Notes under the pieces: generated by a model | The model's input: only the letters and a program-made list of their open reading frames with translations | What the model was told of the DNA's origin: nothing | The model's database searches: none | Program-made: the position numbers and the translations under genes | Shown: positions 39,383 to 50,155 of the stretch, piece after piece | Layout: the number at the start of each line of letters is the position of its first letter | Position numbering within the stretch: the stretch's first letter is position 1 | Source: an uncultured Lachnospiraceae bacterium | GTDB lineage: Bacteria > Bacillota > Clostridia > Lachnospirales > Lachnospiraceae | Reading direction: 5' to 3' | Assembly (NCBI GenBank): GCA_948946835.1 | Contig: CARBNS010000014.1 | Span: 1 to 59,804 of the forward strand | DNA: 59,804 nt

Positions 39383-40384
39383 TTAATTTGTGAAATGAAA
39401 CAATAGTTTTAAAAACTGTTCTCTCTGTGGTTCCTGCTCCATTACTTTTTCCAGTTTTTCAATATCTCTCCCAGAAACCCATGATTTTCGGGAACTACAG
39501 TAGTGATTGGCGATTTTCCAATACTTTTTGGGATACGCAAGCCGCAGATAAAGCTGTTCCAATTCCTCCGGCAAAAGCTTCCTTACGCTGTCATACGCTG
39601 AAATAAGCTCTATGCCAAGCCCTGTGTTCCAGTTGTATTTTTCCAGAATTTTACGGACAAAATTGGCAAGGTCACGCGCCAGCATATCGTAAGACATCTG
39701 CTCAAAATTAATTAACGCCCATTCTCCCTGTGAATACACTACATTATGCTGGTTATAGTCCCCATGGCAAAGCCCCCGCATTTGGCATAATGTGTCTTCG
39801 CTAAGCCGCCCAAACTGGTTCCTAAGCTGTATTGTCACTTCATTTGCCTGTGTCCGGTACTTTTCATATACCTTCATAAACAGCATTTCAAATTCATTCT
39901 TTTTGTTCTTATTGCGGATATAATTTTTAACCTTATTTAACTCCCTGTTATGGCGTTCGTATTCATTTAACAGGCTGTATCGATCCGCCTTTAAAAATTC
40001 CGGAATCTCTTTTTCATATTGTTTCGTCAGTTTATGTAACTGCGCCAGCTTTTTTATAGCGGCTAAAATATCGTCCCGGTTTTTCACGTCGCATTCCCTG
40101 CCCAGATACCAGTTCTTTAACAGGTAAAACGTATCGTTTATCTCATCTTTTACGAGGATTTCTCCGGTTTTTGCAGGAAATGCCGTCTCTACGGCAATCC
40201 CCTGCTTATTTAAATATTCCAATATATCATATAAAAAAGCCGCCCGTTCTTTTGAGCCGCGAAATTCCCGTAAAAGCATCGCGCCTTTGTCAGTATCACA
40301 GTTCAGGGCTCCGCGTCCTTTTGCCGTGCTTCTGACTTCCACTTCATATTGTTCCAGAATTTCTTCTTCCCGATTATACACCAA
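39383..40384 (-). CDS. CotS-family spore coat protein / bacterial spore kinase-like (aminoglycoside phosphotransferase fold).
   Basis: Catalytic-loop-like LCHGDYNQHNVVY and the CotS/YtaA-type layout; 333 aa. Confidence 0.65.
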   Translation of the reverse strand: MVYNREEEILEQYEVEVRSTAKGRGALNCDTDKGAMLLREFRGSKERAAFLYDILEYLNKQGIAVETAFPAKTGEILVKDEINDTFYLLKNWYLGRECDVKNRDDILAAIKKLAQLHKLTKQYEKEIPEFLKADRYSLLNEYERHNRELNKVKNYIRNKNKKNEFEMLFMKVYEKYRTQANEVTIQLRNQFGRLSEDTLCQMRGLCHGDYNQHNVVYSQGEWALINFEQMSYDMLARDLANFVRKILEKYNWNTGLGIELISAYDSVRKLLPEELEQLYLRLAYPKKYWKIANHYCSSRKSWVSGRDIEKLEKVMEQEPQREQFLKLLFHFTN

Positions 40385-40475
40385 AACCCCTCCATATGAT
40401 TCTATTCCACTTCATCTACCATTTCCGTACAATCCGTGTCTTTTAAACATATGAAAAGAGTTTTGATTTTATGCT

Positions 40476-41804
40476 CTATTTGACTTGCTCCAAAAGATAT
40501 TCTTTCGTATTCTTCTTTGGGTCGTCTATAACAAGTTCCAAAAGTTCCTTTAAGGTTTCCCCTAATGCCGGCCCTTCCGCCATGCCCGCCTGAATTAAGT
40601 CGCTTCCGCTTACTGCAAGTTCTTTTAACGTTAAACAGTCTTTCGCTTCGATTATCTTTCTGTAATACATTTGAAAGCCGTCCAAATACTCTAGTTTTTC
40701 CTGTCTCTGATAATTGCTCTGCGCCAGAATGTCCGCCCGTTTTAACGCAAACAGCGCCGGAAACGCATCTGTCCCAATCCGCATAATGACACGCCGGACG
40801 CTTCTTTCCGTTAAAGGCGGATTGTCGTCATGCGCCGACACAAGGCGGCAAATGCTTTGAATTGAACAGTTGTCAAATTTCAGACGGCGCAGTATCCGTT
40901 TCGCCATCTCCCCGCCTAACTCCGGATGGCCATGAAAATGGGAAACGCCTTCTTCGTCCACAGTTTCACAGAGCGGCTTCGCCACGTCATGCAGTAAAAC
41001 AGCCAGCCTTAAGATCTTATCCTTTTCCACGAAACTTAAAGCGGCAATGGTATGCTCCCCCACCGTATAGAGATGATGCGGGTTCTTTTGTTCCGTCTGC
41101 ATCATCGCGTCAAATTCCGGCAATATGACGCTTGTAATGCCTGACTCATACAATGCGCGTATTTTTTCCGGATAATCTGAAACCAACAGCCCTACAAGCT
41201 CCGCCGCAATCCTTTCCACACTGATGCGCCGTAAGTCCCCCGCCATTTCACAAATTGCCGCATACGTTTCCCGCTCTATGGAAAATCCAAGCTGCGCCGC
41301 AAAGCGGACAGCCCGCATCAAGCGGAGCGCATCTTCTTTGAACCTTTGTTTTGCATCTCCTACGCACCGGATCAAGCCCCGCCGTAAATCTCCCACTCCG
41401 TCAAACGCATCCACAAGGCCGTCTTTCTGATTATATGCCATAGCGTTAATTGTAAAATCCCGCCGCTTTAAATCTTCCAAAAGGTTTGGCGTAAACGTCA
41501 CTTCCTTTGGGTGGCGGGAGTCTTCGTATTTTCCGTCGATGCGGTAAGTCGTCACTTCAAATCCTTCCCGCTCTAACAAAACGGTCACCGTCCCATGTGA
41601 AATCCCCGTATCGACCGTATGCGGAAAAAGGGATTTCACTTCTTTTGGCGTGGCAGACGTCGTAATATCCCAGTCTTTCGGCTCTTTGCCTAACAAACTG
41701 TCGCGTATGCATCCGCCGACCGCATAGCCTTCAAAACCCGCTGAATGGAGTGTGTCTAAAATATAGCTCACCTTATCCGGCAGTGTCAGTTCCATCGTAT
41801 CCAC
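40476..41804 (-). CDS. cca: CCA-adding tRNA nucleotidyltransferase (PolyA_pol head plus HD domain).
   Basis: GGCIRDSLLGKEPKDWDITT nucleotidyltransferase motif; an HD-domain segment HDVAKP...H; 442 aa. Confidence 0.85.
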   Translation of the reverse strand: MDTMELTLPDKVSYILDTLHSAGFEGYAVGGCIRDSLLGKEPKDWDITTSATPKEVKSLFPHTVDTGISHGTVTVLLEREGFEVTTYRIDGKYEDSRHPKEVTFTPNLLEDLKRRDFTINAMAYNQKDGLVDAFDGVGDLRRGLIRCVGDAKQRFKEDALRLMRAVRFAAQLGFSIERETYAAICEMAGDLRRISVERIAAELVGLLVSDYPEKIRALYESGITSVILPEFDAMMQTEQKNPHHLYTVGEHTIAALSFVEKDKILRLAVLLHDVAKPLCETVDEEGVSHFHGHPELGGEMAKRILRRLKFDNCSIQSICRLVSAHDDNPPLTERSVRRVIMRIGTDAFPALFALKRADILAQSNYQRQEKLEYLDGFQMYYRKIIEAKDCLTLKELAVSGSDLIQAGMAEGPALGETLKELLELVIDDPKKNTKEYLLEQVK

Positions 41805-41816
41805 TCCGTCCTGAAT

Positions 41817-43283
41817 TTAATATGCTTTTCCCCAATAGACTAATTTCTTCGCAGGCTTGCCACAGCAGACGCATACCTGTGAAATTTCTTCCTGATCATG
41901 AAACGGCATACAACGCGCCGTCGCCGCAAAGTCTTCTTTTATTTTATCTTCACAATCCTGATTCCCACACCACATTCCGCGGATAAATCCCGCTTTCTGT
42001 TGAATCGTTTCCGTAAATTCTTCATAATTATGGGCATCGTAAATATGCGCATCCCTGTGTGATTTTGCGCGTTCAAACATACTTTTTTGTATGGAAGCGA
42101 GCAATTCTTTTGCCGTTTCGCCAAGCTGATCAAATGGAACGGCCGTCTTTTCCCTTGTATCCCGACGCGTCAAAATGCACTGTCCCGCTTCCATGTCTTT
42201 TGGCCCAATCTCCACACGGAGCGGGATTCCACGCATCTCCTGTTCAGAAAACTTATAGCCCGGGCTTTTATCTGTTTCGTCTATTTTTACACGGATTCCC
42301 GCTTTCGATAAAGTTTCTTTTAACTTACGGGCCATTTCCAATACGCCTTCTTTGCGTTGCTGGATCGGAATCACCATAACTTGAGTTGGCGCAATTTCAG
42401 GCGGAAGCGCAAGCCCAAAATCGTCCCCATGCACCATAATCACCGCCCCAATCAAACGGGTCGTAACGCCCCAAGACGTCTGATGCGCGTATTGCAGGCG
42501 GTTGTCTTTGTCTGTGTACTGAATGCCAAACGCCTTTGCAAATCCGTCCCCGAAATTATGGCTTGTGCCGGACTGCAATGCCTTGCCGTCGTGCATCAGC
42601 GCCTCTATTGTATACGTCGCCTCTGCCCCGGCAAACTTTTCCTTTTCCGTCTTTTTGCCGCGTATCACCGGCATTGCCAAAACTTCTTCACAAAAATCCG
42701 CATAGACGTTTAGCATCTGAACGGTCCGCTCCTCTGCTTCTTCAGCCGTCGCATGGGCCGTATGGCCTTCCTGCCATAAAAACTCCCTCGACCGCAGGAA
42801 CGGCCGCGTCTCTTTTTCCCAACGCACCACAGAGCACCACTGATTGTAATTTTTGGGCAAATCCCGATAGGACTGTATCACATTTTTATAAAAATCGCAG
42901 AACAAAGTCTCTGACGTAGGACGGACGCAGAGACGCTCCTGAAGCGGGTTTAACCCCCCGTGGGTTACCCATGCCACTTCCGGCGCAAAGCCTTCTACAT
43001 GTTCTTTTTCTTTATTTAACAGGCTTTCCGGTATAAACATCGGCAGATAGACATTCTCCACTCCCGTCTCTTTGAAACGCCTGTCCAATTCTTTCTGGAT
43101 ATTTTCCCAGATGGCGTATCCGTCCGGCTTTAAAATCATGCATCCTTTTATGGAAGAATAATCAATTAATTCTGCCTTTTTTACAACATCGGTATACCAT
43201 TGCGCAAAATCTTCCTCCATCGAGGTAATGGCTTCCACTAATTTCTTTTCTTTTGACATGGGTTTATTTCCTTTCTGTGTCAT
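41817..43283 (-). CDS. proS: Proline--tRNA ligase of the archaeal/eukaryote-like type, with a C-terminal zinc-binding domain.
   Basis: Class II aaRS motifs; the C-terminal [18 protein letters not shown] zinc ribbon; overall ProRS type 3 architecture; 488 aa. Confidence 0.85.
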   Translation of the reverse strand: MTQKGNKPMSKEKKLVEAITSMEEDFAQWYTDVVKKAELIDYSSIKGCMILKPDGYAIWENIQKELDRRFKETGVENVYLPMFIPESLLNKEKEHVEGFAPEVAWVTHGGLNPLQERLCVRPTSETLFCDFYKNVIQSYRDLPKNYNQWCSVVRWEKETRPFLRSREFLWQEGHTAHATAEEAEERTVQMLNVYADFCEEVLAMPVIRGKKTEKEKFAGAEATYTIEALMHDGKALQSGTSHNFGDGFAKAFGIQYTDKDNRLQYAHQTSWGVTTRLIGAVIMVHGDDFGLALPPEIAPTQVMVIPIQQRKEGVLEMARKLKETLSKAGIRVKIDETDKSPGYKFSEQEMRGIPLRVEIGPKDMEAGQCILTRRDTREKTAVPFDQLGETAKELLASIQKSMFERAKSHRDAHIYDAHNYEEFTETIQQKAGFIRGMWCGNQDCEDKIKEDFAATARCMPFHDQEEISQVCVCCGKPAKKLVYWGKAY

Positions 43284-43323
43284 AGTTTAATGAAGTTATT
43301 ATAGACTGCGCTATTTTGGTTCG

Positions 43324-44658
43324 TCAAGTTTTTTCCTCACTGTTTCTGATTTTCAGGTATGCGGCTGCGCAGACTGCCACAGACAACAACGACCCCGCAG
43401 GCGCGGCAAGCCCCATCGGAAAAAGGCTGGCGGCAAAATACTCCGATGCAAAATAAGCTCCCGGAATGCGGATTAAGACAATCGACAAGATATTATGCAG
43501 AAATGAAATGCCGGATTTCCCATACGCATAAAAATATCCGCTGAAACTAAAATGTATGCCCGCAAATACACAATCCCAGATATAACTGCGCAAATACTGC
43601 CCGCCGGATAAAATCACGTCTGAATCTTCCGTAAAAATCCCAACCAACTGCCCATATGCAGACTGGACAAAAACAGACATGGCAATCCCGAAACCGACCG
43701 TGATAAAAATGGCATACCGAAGCGTCAGTCTTGCGCGCCCTTCCTTTTTTGCCCCTATGTTCTGCGCTGACAAAGCAGAAACGGCAGAAAGCATAGTGGA
43801 CGGAACCAAAAACACTACGCCTATGATTTTTTCCACAATTCCGACTGCCGCCGCATCTACAAGCCCCCTGCGGTTTGCTATAATTGTAATGACAATAAAT
43901 GCAACTTGTATAAAAGTGTCCTGCAAGGCTACGGGAACGCCTATCTTTAAGATCCGTTTTAAGGTTATAGGAGATGGCTTAAAATCTGCTTTTTGCAGTT
44001 TGATTCCGGCTGAATGCTTTAGAATCACAAAAAGGGCAAACACAACGCTAAGAGTCTGGGATATAACAGTGCCAAGCGCCGCTCCAGTTGCGCCAAGGGA
44101 AAAATAACGGATAAAAATATAATCCAATAAAATATTTGACGCACACGCAGCCGCCACGAAATACATCGGGCTCTTTGAATCCCCAAGGCCGCGGAATATG
44201 GAACTGATGATATTATACGCCGTGATAAATGGAATCCCAAGGAAGCATATGGTAAGATACGACGCCGTTCCCAAAACCGCTTCTGTCGGAGTTGCCATAA
44301 TGGCTGTGATCGGTTTTACCAAAAAAAGCAGCGCTGCCGTAAACCCAATAGAAAGCCCTAAAAACAACACGGCAGTGTTTCCAATGGCTAAAGAAGCTTC
44401 CTTTTCCTTCTTCGCCCCAACCGCTTTTGCGATTGTCACAGTCGCCCCCATCGCAAGTCCGACAATCATCACAGTCAGCATATGCATCACCTGACTGCCG
44501 ATAGAAACCGCTGTGATGTGGTTTACGCCGCTATACCTGCCTACCATATATAAATCTGCCATTCCATACAGGGTTTGAAGAAAATAGGAAAATAAATAGG
44601 GAATCGAGAATTGTAAAATTGTTTGAAACACACTGCCAGAGGTTTGATTTTTTTCCAT
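43324..44658 (-). CDS. MATE family efflux transporter.
   Basis: The preferred start is MEKNQTSGSVFQTILQFSIPYLFSYFLQTLYGMADLYMVGR (AGGAAGG is upstream of the ATG at 44658). 12 TM helices. Confidence 0.8.
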   Translation of the reverse strand: MEKNQTSGSVFQTILQFSIPYLFSYFLQTLYGMADLYMVGRYSGVNHITAVSIGSQVMHMLTVMIVGLAMGATVTIAKAVGAKKEKEASLAIGNTAVLFLGLSIGFTAALLFLVKPITAIMATPTEAVLGTASYLTICFLGIPFITAYNIISSIFRGLGDSKSPMYFVAAACASNILLDYIFIRYFSLGATGAALGTVISQTLSVVFALFVILKHSAGIKLQKADFKPSPITLKRILKIGVPVALQDTFIQVAFIVITIIANRRGLVDAAAVGIVEKIIGVVFLVPSTMLSAVSALSAQNIGAKKEGRARLTLRYAIFITVGFGIAMSVFVQSAYGQLVGIFTEDSDVILSGGQYLRSYIWDCVFAGIHFSFSGYFYAYGKSGISFLHNILSIVLIRIPGAYFASEYFAASLFPMGLAAPAGSLLSVAVCAAAYLKIRNSEEKT

Positions 44659-44758
44659 GTTTCCGGTTGCCTTCCTTTGCGCTTTTATGGATCTACTATA
44701 GCAGGGATTGAAAAATGTGTAAAGCAAACGTCACTTGCATTTTCAGAATAACGCTCCT

Positions 44759-44798
44759 AAAAAAGCGGCCTTGCCAGATTTCCATCTGCAAAACCGCC
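44759..44798 (-). terminator. Candidate terminator after the YhgE-like gene.
   Basis: Imperfect hairpin ggcggttttgcagat...atctggcaaggccgc, followed on the minus strand by TTTTTT. Confidence 0.4.
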
Positions 44799-44812
44799 TC
44801 TTTGCTTTCCCC

Positions 44813-47323
44813 TTATTCCGCTTTGATTTCGCCTGTTCGAATGATAAATTTCACGCTTCCCGCCGTATCTTTTGCTTTTCCGCCAAACGATTCATAGGAG
44901 CCGCCTAAATCCAAAACATTCTGAATCCGTTCCGTAAATTCTTTAACGTCGCCCTGATAAGCGTTTACCAGCTTTTCAATTCCTTCTTCGTCAAACTTCA
45001 CTATTCCGTCTTTTAGTTCAACCGATCCATCTTTTAATTGACGGGTTCCGTCTGAGAACTGGCTTACGCCGTCTTTTAATTTTGAAACGCCATTATTTAA
45101 TTCCGTATTTTTGGAAGCAAGCGTCTGGCTTCCATTGTATAGCTGGTCAATTCCCGACGTCAGTTTCGGCAATTTATCCGACATTCCGTTCACCGCTTCA
45201 TCTAATGCCGACATTCCGGAAACCAGACTATATCCTGACTCTTTATCCTTTTTTTCAATGTTTCCGGCAATCTGCTTTTTCGCAGACTGCGCGCCTTCGA
45301 CTGCCGCCATTGCCGCCGCCTGCCCTGCCGCCGTTTTTGCGCCTTGCTTTACGCTGTCCGCTACAGATGTCCCAACCGTTTCTTTTGCCTGTTCCGCTAC
45401 GCTTACTACCACTTTAGGCGCGGTCTGTTCCGCTACGCTTCCCGCCGTCTGTTCCGCCACACTGCCTGCCACTTGCGCCGCCACACTGCCTGCCACTTGT
45501 TCCGCTACGCTGCCTGCCGCCTGTTCCGCCACGCTTCCCGCCACGTTTGACGCTACGCTTCTGGCTGTCTGATCCGCCACTGCGCCTGCCGCTGTCTGAA
45601 CTGTCCCGATAAATGCCGAAAGCTGTGTTTCCGCCGCCTGTGCAACAGCCGCCGCAATCGACGCGTCCGCCATTGCCTGTTCTACGGTAATCCCGTTCGC
45701 CTGCGCCGCCTGAACAAAGCCTGCCGCCTGAAACGCCGCCTTCAACTGCGCTTTCGTTTCCTCCGAAACCGCGCCTGCAACTGCGGCTGCTGCCTGATCC
45801 TTCGCCTGCGCCGCAATCTCGTCGAGCTTTCCATTTATCCCTGCCATTGCCTGATCCTTCGCCTGCGCCGCAATAACCGGCTTTTGTGTCTGTATTCCCG
45901 CCACTGCCTGATCCTTTGCCTGTTCCGCAATGACCGGCTTTTGCGACTGTATCCCCGCCACTGCCTGATCTTTCGCCTGCGCCGCCGCCGTCTGTTTTAC
46001 AGAGTCGCTTGCAACGGATGCATAAAATGCCTGCGATGCCTGCGATTTGATATTATTGTAACTTTGCGGGTTCGCGTCATCTGCAAACTGCGTTTCCACT
46101 GCCTGCGCCGCCGCTGTTTTTGCCTGCGCCATGGCCGCCTCTTTTTCGCTGTTTCCCATTGGGGCGTTTAGGGCATTATCAAGCGTTTTCATGCCATTGT
46201 TTAACGTATGGATGCTCGCCGTCAAATCAGCTACGCCGCTGACTAACAGGCCTGTTTCTCCTTTCAATGCGCTGATTCCGTTCGCTAACTGTCCGGCGCC
46301 GTCCGTATATGCCGCAACCCCGTTTTTCAAGGAATCAACCCCTCCCGCAAATTCACCCATTTTCTCATCTAATTCGCCAATCCCGTCAGAAAGTTTCTCT
46401 GAACCGTCTCTTAACTGTTCCGTGGCAGACGTTAAATCTTCCATTTTTTCGTCCATTTCCGTCAAATCAAACGTATAATCTCCGGCAAATTCCGAAGGCT
46501 GCGCCACAACCGTCATTGTCATATCTAAAGAAAAATCCTTTACGTCAGCATTTACTTCCACATAATCCGGAATGGATATGTCTTTTTCTAAATCGCCATT
46601 CTTTAAGTTCAAGCTTTCCTTTAAGCCCGGCGCCGCCATGCCAACCACAATCATTGTATCCCCGTTTGATATGACTTTTCCATTTTTTACTTCCACATTT
46701 GTAAAATTATCTTTTAAAAGCATACCCGACACAGCCGCAAACGGCACATAGTAATCTCCGTCTTTCTCATGGTTTGTATAGTCAAAACGTATTTTTACGT
46801 TTCCGCTTTTTCCCGCCAAATCTTTCGGGGAAATTTTTTTCCCGTCCAAATAATAGGATACATTGACGGTAACCGGAGCTTCTTTTGTCGTCACGCCCTG
46901 ATAGTAAATATCGTTTCCATCTGCCTGCCATTCAAGGACGTTGCCTTTTTTCTCAAATGTCTCCCTGCCTTTTACGTTTTCTATGTCTTTTAATTCCGAA
47001 ACGTCCGAAAGCGCATCTAATTTTTCCGGATTTTTCAGCCATTCGCTGACAATCGCCGATTCTGCGTTTCCATTTGCATCAGCAAGGATATAGACGGTTT
47101 CTTCTTTCCCAATAGGCGTTTTTTCACTTTCCTCCTTTCGGGAAAGGAAATCTCCCAGTTCCATTTCCTTTGAAACGCTCTCTGTCTTAGCTTCCCCGCT
47201 TTTTGCGGCATAAACGCCGCATATGCCAGTGCCGCCTGTCAAAAGCGCCACCGTCAATACGCCTGCCGTCATGCGGATTACATATTTGTGTTTGAACCGT
47301 TCTTTTAATTTTTTAAACTTCAT
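44813..47323 (-). CDS. YhgE/Pip-domain membrane protein (phage-infection-protein-like): an N-terminal signal/TM, a large extracellular domain with coiled-coil and Ala/Gln-rich tandem repeats, and a C-terminal YhgE/Pip-like region.
   Basis: Architecture and length (836 aa). The partner gene immediately upstream is an MMPL transporter (a classic YhgE/Pip-MMPL pairing). It carries internal repeats AQAKDQAVAGIQ[ST]QKPVIA x3 and SVAEQ[AVT]AG x6. Confidence 0.55.
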   Translation of the reverse strand: MKFKKLKERFKHKYVIRMTAGVLTVALLTGGTGICGVYAAKSGEAKTESVSKEMELGDFLSRKEESEKTPIGKEETVYILADANGNAESAIVSEWLKNPEKLDALSDVSELKDIENVKGRETFEKKGNVLEWQADGNDIYYQGVTTKEAPVTVNVSYYLDGKKISPKDLAGKSGNVKIRFDYTNHEKDGDYYVPFAAVSGMLLKDNFTNVEVKNGKVISNGDTMIVVGMAAPGLKESLNLKNGDLEKDISIPDYVEVNADVKDFSLDMTMTVVAQPSEFAGDYTFDLTEMDEKMEDLTSATEQLRDGSEKLSDGIGELDEKMGEFAGGVDSLKNGVAAYTDGAGQLANGISALKGETGLLVSGVADLTASIHTLNNGMKTLDNALNAPMGNSEKEAAMAQAKTAAAQAVETQFADDANPQSYNNIKSQASQAFYASVASDSVKQTAAAQAKDQAVAGIQSQKPVIAEQAKDQAVAGIQTQKPVIAAQAKDQAMAGINGKLDEIAAQAKDQAAAAVAGAVSEETKAQLKAAFQAAGFVQAAQANGITVEQAMADASIAAAVAQAAETQLSAFIGTVQTAAGAVADQTARSVASNVAGSVAEQAAGSVAEQVAGSVAAQVAGSVAEQTAGSVAEQTAPKVVVSVAEQAKETVGTSVADSVKQGAKTAAGQAAAMAAVEGAQSAKKQIAGNIEKKDKESGYSLVSGMSALDEAVNGMSDKLPKLTSGIDQLYNGSQTLASKNTELNNGVSKLKDGVSQFSDGTRQLKDGSVELKDGIVKFDEEGIEKLVNAYQGDVKEFTERIQNVLDLGGSYESFGGKAKDTAGSVKFIIRTGEIKAE
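45380..45600 (-). repeat. Tandem 24-nt repeat array (about 7 copies) encoding (GSVAEQxA)n inside the YhgE-like gene.
   Basis: ctgttccgc[ct]ac[ga]ct[gt]cc[tc]gcc[ag] units are visible on the plus strand. The spurious antisense ORFs 45082-45572 derive from it. Confidence 0.75.
45830..45990 (-). repeat. Tandem 60-nt repeat (about 2.5 copies) encoding AQAKDQAVAGIQxQKPVIAx.
   Basis: ccattgcctgatccttcgcctgcgccgcaat[ag]accggcttttg[tc]g[ta]ctgtat[tc]cccg is repeated. Confidence 0.75.
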
Positions 47324-47334
47324 AATAATTCCTC

Positions 47335-49422
47335 CTAATTTTTATTCTTTATTTTAGGCAAAAAGCCGATGCTTGTTTTCACGATACATTTATCTAACAT
47401 CAAAAACATTGCCGGAAGCAGAAACGCTACGACGAGCAGGCTTATCACCGCGCCCCTCGCCAAAAGCATACAAAGCGAACTAATCATGTCTATGCTTGAA
47501 TAAAGCGCCACGCCAAATGTGGCGGCAAAGAAACTTAACGCGCTGACGGCGACAGATTGTAAAGAGCTGTTTAACGCCGTAATAACGGCTTCCCTTTTTC
47601 CCGCGCCGCGGCTGCGTTCCCGTTTATATTTATTCGTCATTAAAATCGCATAATCTACCGTTGCGCCAAGCTGAATTGTCCCGATTACAATCGAAGCGAT
47701 AAACGGAAGAACCGTGTTCGTAAAATACGGGATTCCCATATTGATAAAAATTGCAAACTCAATCACCAGCACCAGTATCACCGGAAGGGACGCAGATTTT
47801 AGGACAATGGCTATAATCAGGAAAATCAGGACAATCGACGCCGCATTGACTATTTTAAAATCCCGATCAGTAATGGTAATTAAATCCTGCGTACATGGGG
47901 CTTCTCCAATTAACATAGCGGTTTCGTCATACTTTTTAATGACTTCCCGAATGGCATCGCACTGCGCGTTGACCTCGTCCGTCCCTGTTTTATATTCAGA
48001 CAAAACATAAATCATCTGGTATGTCCCATTGTTTAATTTCTCTTTTATCCTGTCTGGGACAAATTCGGCGGGCGTTAAGGGCCCTGTCAGCGCATCTAAC
48101 CCCAATGCAAGTTTCACGCCGTCCACTTCTTTTAACTCTTTTTCCATTTGAAACGCTTCGCTTTTCGGCAATTCACTGTCCGCTAAAATAACGTGCGCCG
48201 CTCCCATGCCAAATTCATGTTCTAAAGCGTCCCCCGCTTCTACGCTTCCCAACTCTTTCGGCAGCGTCCCCACTAAATCATAGTACACTTCGTTGTGCCC
48301 CTGCGCATAATACATCGGCCCGATTCCCGCCAAAAACAGGACAATAAAAACCGGATAATGCTTTGCCACAAAACCGCCGATTCTCCCAAGGTCAGGCATC
48401 AGTGGCTTATGCTTTGTTTTTTCCAGCCATTTATCCATTGCAAGGATCATCGCCGGAAGAATTGTCACACAGCCTATCACCCCAAAGACTACTCCCTTTG
48501 CCATCACAATGCCTAAATCCATGCCAAGGGTAAATGTCATAAAGCACATAGCTAAAAATCCCGCAATCGTCGTAATGGAACTTCCGACAACAGAAGTGAC
48601 CGTCTGGGAAATTGCATGCGCCATCGCGCGGTTTTTATCGTCCGGATAACGCTCTTGGTTTTCTTCATAACTGTGCCACAGGAAAATGGAATAATCCATC
48701 GTCACTGCAAGCTGTAAGACTGCCGCAAGCGCCTGCGTAATAAAGGAAATTTCTCCGGCAATCCGGTTCGTGCCAAGGTTATAGACAATCGCCATTCCAA
48801 TGCTGAGCAGGAAAATAGCGGGAATCAAATAAGAGTCCATCGTCAGCGCCAACGCCAGCGCCGACAATAACGCGGCAATCACCACATACATAACCGCCTC
48901 ACTGTTGCAGATTTTTTTTATGTCCGTGACAACTGCCGACATTCCACTTAACAGACACTTTTTGCCTGTTAATTCTCTAATTTCTTCAATCGCATCAAGC
49001 GTTTCGTCCGAAGACATTGACGTGTCGAATGTAAGAATTAAAAGGGAACTTTTTGTATCTGCGTTTTTTAACGTCTCCGCAAGTTCATCCGGAAGAATAT
49101 CCATCGGCACAGATAAATCCGCTATGCTTCCATACCAAATCACATCTTTGACATGGCCCACTTCTTTTAATTCGCCCTCGAGCGTTTGTATGTCTTTGTC
49201 CTCCAATCCCTTCACAACGCAGACGGAAAACGCGCCCGTGCCAAACTCCTCAAGCAAAATCTCCTGTCCCTCCATCGTTTCAATGTCTTTCGGAAGATAA
49301 GAAAGTATATCATAATTGATTCTCGTGCTTAAATATCCAATCACGGCGGGAATCAGAAGCAGAAAACTTGCGGTTAAAATCAATTTTCGCAGTTGAACCA
49401 CTTTTTTTCCAAATTTTATCAT
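47335..49422 (-). CDS. MMPL family (RND superfamily) membrane transporter.
   Basis: 695 aa with two sets of TM helices separated by soluble loops; MMPL-type pattern. Adjacent to the YhgE/Pip protein and a TetR regulator. Confidence 0.75.
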   Translation of the reverse strand: MIKFGKKVVQLRKLILTASFLLLIPAVIGYLSTRINYDILSYLPKDIETMEGQEILLEEFGTGAFSVCVVKGLEDKDIQTLEGELKEVGHVKDVIWYGSIADLSVPMDILPDELAETLKNADTKSSLLILTFDTSMSSDETLDAIEEIRELTGKKCLLSGMSAVVTDIKKICNSEAVMYVVIAALLSALALALTMDSYLIPAIFLLSIGMAIVYNLGTNRIAGEISFITQALAAVLQLAVTMDYSIFLWHSYEENQERYPDDKNRAMAHAISQTVTSVVGSSITTIAGFLAMCFMTFTLGMDLGIVMAKGVVFGVIGCVTILPAMILAMDKWLEKTKHKPLMPDLGRIGGFVAKHYPVFIVLFLAGIGPMYYAQGHNEVYYDLVGTLPKELGSVEAGDALEHEFGMGAAHVILADSELPKSEAFQMEKELKEVDGVKLALGLDALTGPLTPAEFVPDRIKEKLNNGTYQMIYVLSEYKTGTDEVNAQCDAIREVIKKYDETAMLIGEAPCTQDLITITDRDFKIVNAASIVLIFLIIAIVLKSASLPVILVLVIEFAIFINMGIPYFTNTVLPFIASIVIGTIQLGATVDYAILMTNKYKRERSRGAGKREAVITALNSSLQSVAVSALSFFAATFGVALYSSIDMISSLCMLLARGAVISLLVVAFLLPAMFLMLDKCIVKTSIGFLPKIKNKN

Positions 49423-49585
49423 CGTCCCTCTCCTCTCTATGTGTCAGATCTGTTTTATCGTTAGTATAAAAAAAAAGACTGAACCTGAACAGATTCAATC
49501 TTTTCGTTTTGTTTTCCTTTTTATACAGATAAAGTGATTTGTCGTTTTTTTCAGAACACCGCATTTACATTGTATGGAGTTTAAA

Positions 49586-50146
49586 CTACCCTAATAATAC
49601 TTCCTCAATGGAATGTTTCATTATGTAGTCATAAATTTCAGCCAGTTCCTTCGCCGAAACCGCAAGCCCGCTTTTAATCCAGACAAGCGCCACAGAACAG
49701 ATTGACTGCGCATAATATTCCGCAATCCGCTCCGGCGTAAGCCACTGGAATTTCATGATTTTATCCTTCGGATTTTTCTCAATAATTTCCAGCAAAATCC
49801 CCTTCACACAGCTTCTGGCAATGAGTTCGAATGAATTTTGCCCTTCTAACTTTGCCGCTTTTATATAGAACTTTTTCTCCTTTTCTATATTCATAAATAA
49901 CAGCAAAAGCGCCTCGTCCATCATCTGGTTCTCAATTAATGGACGGATTGGCTCTAGCAGATCCGTCCATATAATCCACTCCAAAAGCTCATATTTATCC
50001 TGAAAATGATTGTAAAACGTCGGGCGTATTACGCCCGCTTTGTCCGTGATTTCTTTTACCGTGATTTTTTCAATCGGATTATTTAACGCAAGTTCTTTCA
50101 AACTTTCCGCAAGCAGAGTATCCGTTTCATTTCTGAACGCCGCCAT
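49586..50146 (-). CDS. TetR/AcrR family transcriptional regulator.
   Basis: N-terminal HTH ITVKEITDKAGVIRPTFYNHFQDKYELLEWII. Confidence 0.85.
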   Translation of the reverse strand: MAAFRNETDTLLAESLKELALNNPIEKITVKEITDKAGVIRPTFYNHFQDKYELLEWIIWTDLLEPIRPLIENQMMDEALLLLFMNIEKEKKFYIKAAKLEGQNSFELIARSCVKGILLEIIEKNPKDKIMKFQWLTPERIAEYYAQSICSVALVWIKSGLAVSAKELAEIYDYIMKHSIEEVLLG

Positions 50147-50155
50147 AGATCCTCC

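Noticed and set aside
43284-43323. A T-box leader expected upstream of proS.
   Set aside because: Only 40 nt separate proS from the preceding MATE gene, with no room for a T-box riboswitch and no specifier or T-box motif visible. proS is probably co-transcribed or uses an internal promoter.
45082-46171. Several plus-strand ORFs (111, 153, 68 and 95 aa) rich in A/L/P/R.
   Set aside because: They lie antisense to the tandem-repeat arrays of the YhgE/Pip-like gene, and the repeats suppress stop codons. They have no RBS or independent support.
49423-49585. A possible TetR operator or sRNA in the 163-nt gap between the MMPL and TetR genes (cagatctg palindrome; atctgtt...aacagat inverted repeat around an A9 run).
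   Set aside because: The arms are only 7 nt with a 33-nt spacer, and no convincing 15-20-bp palindrome typical of TetR operators was found. It cannot be supported from sequence alone.
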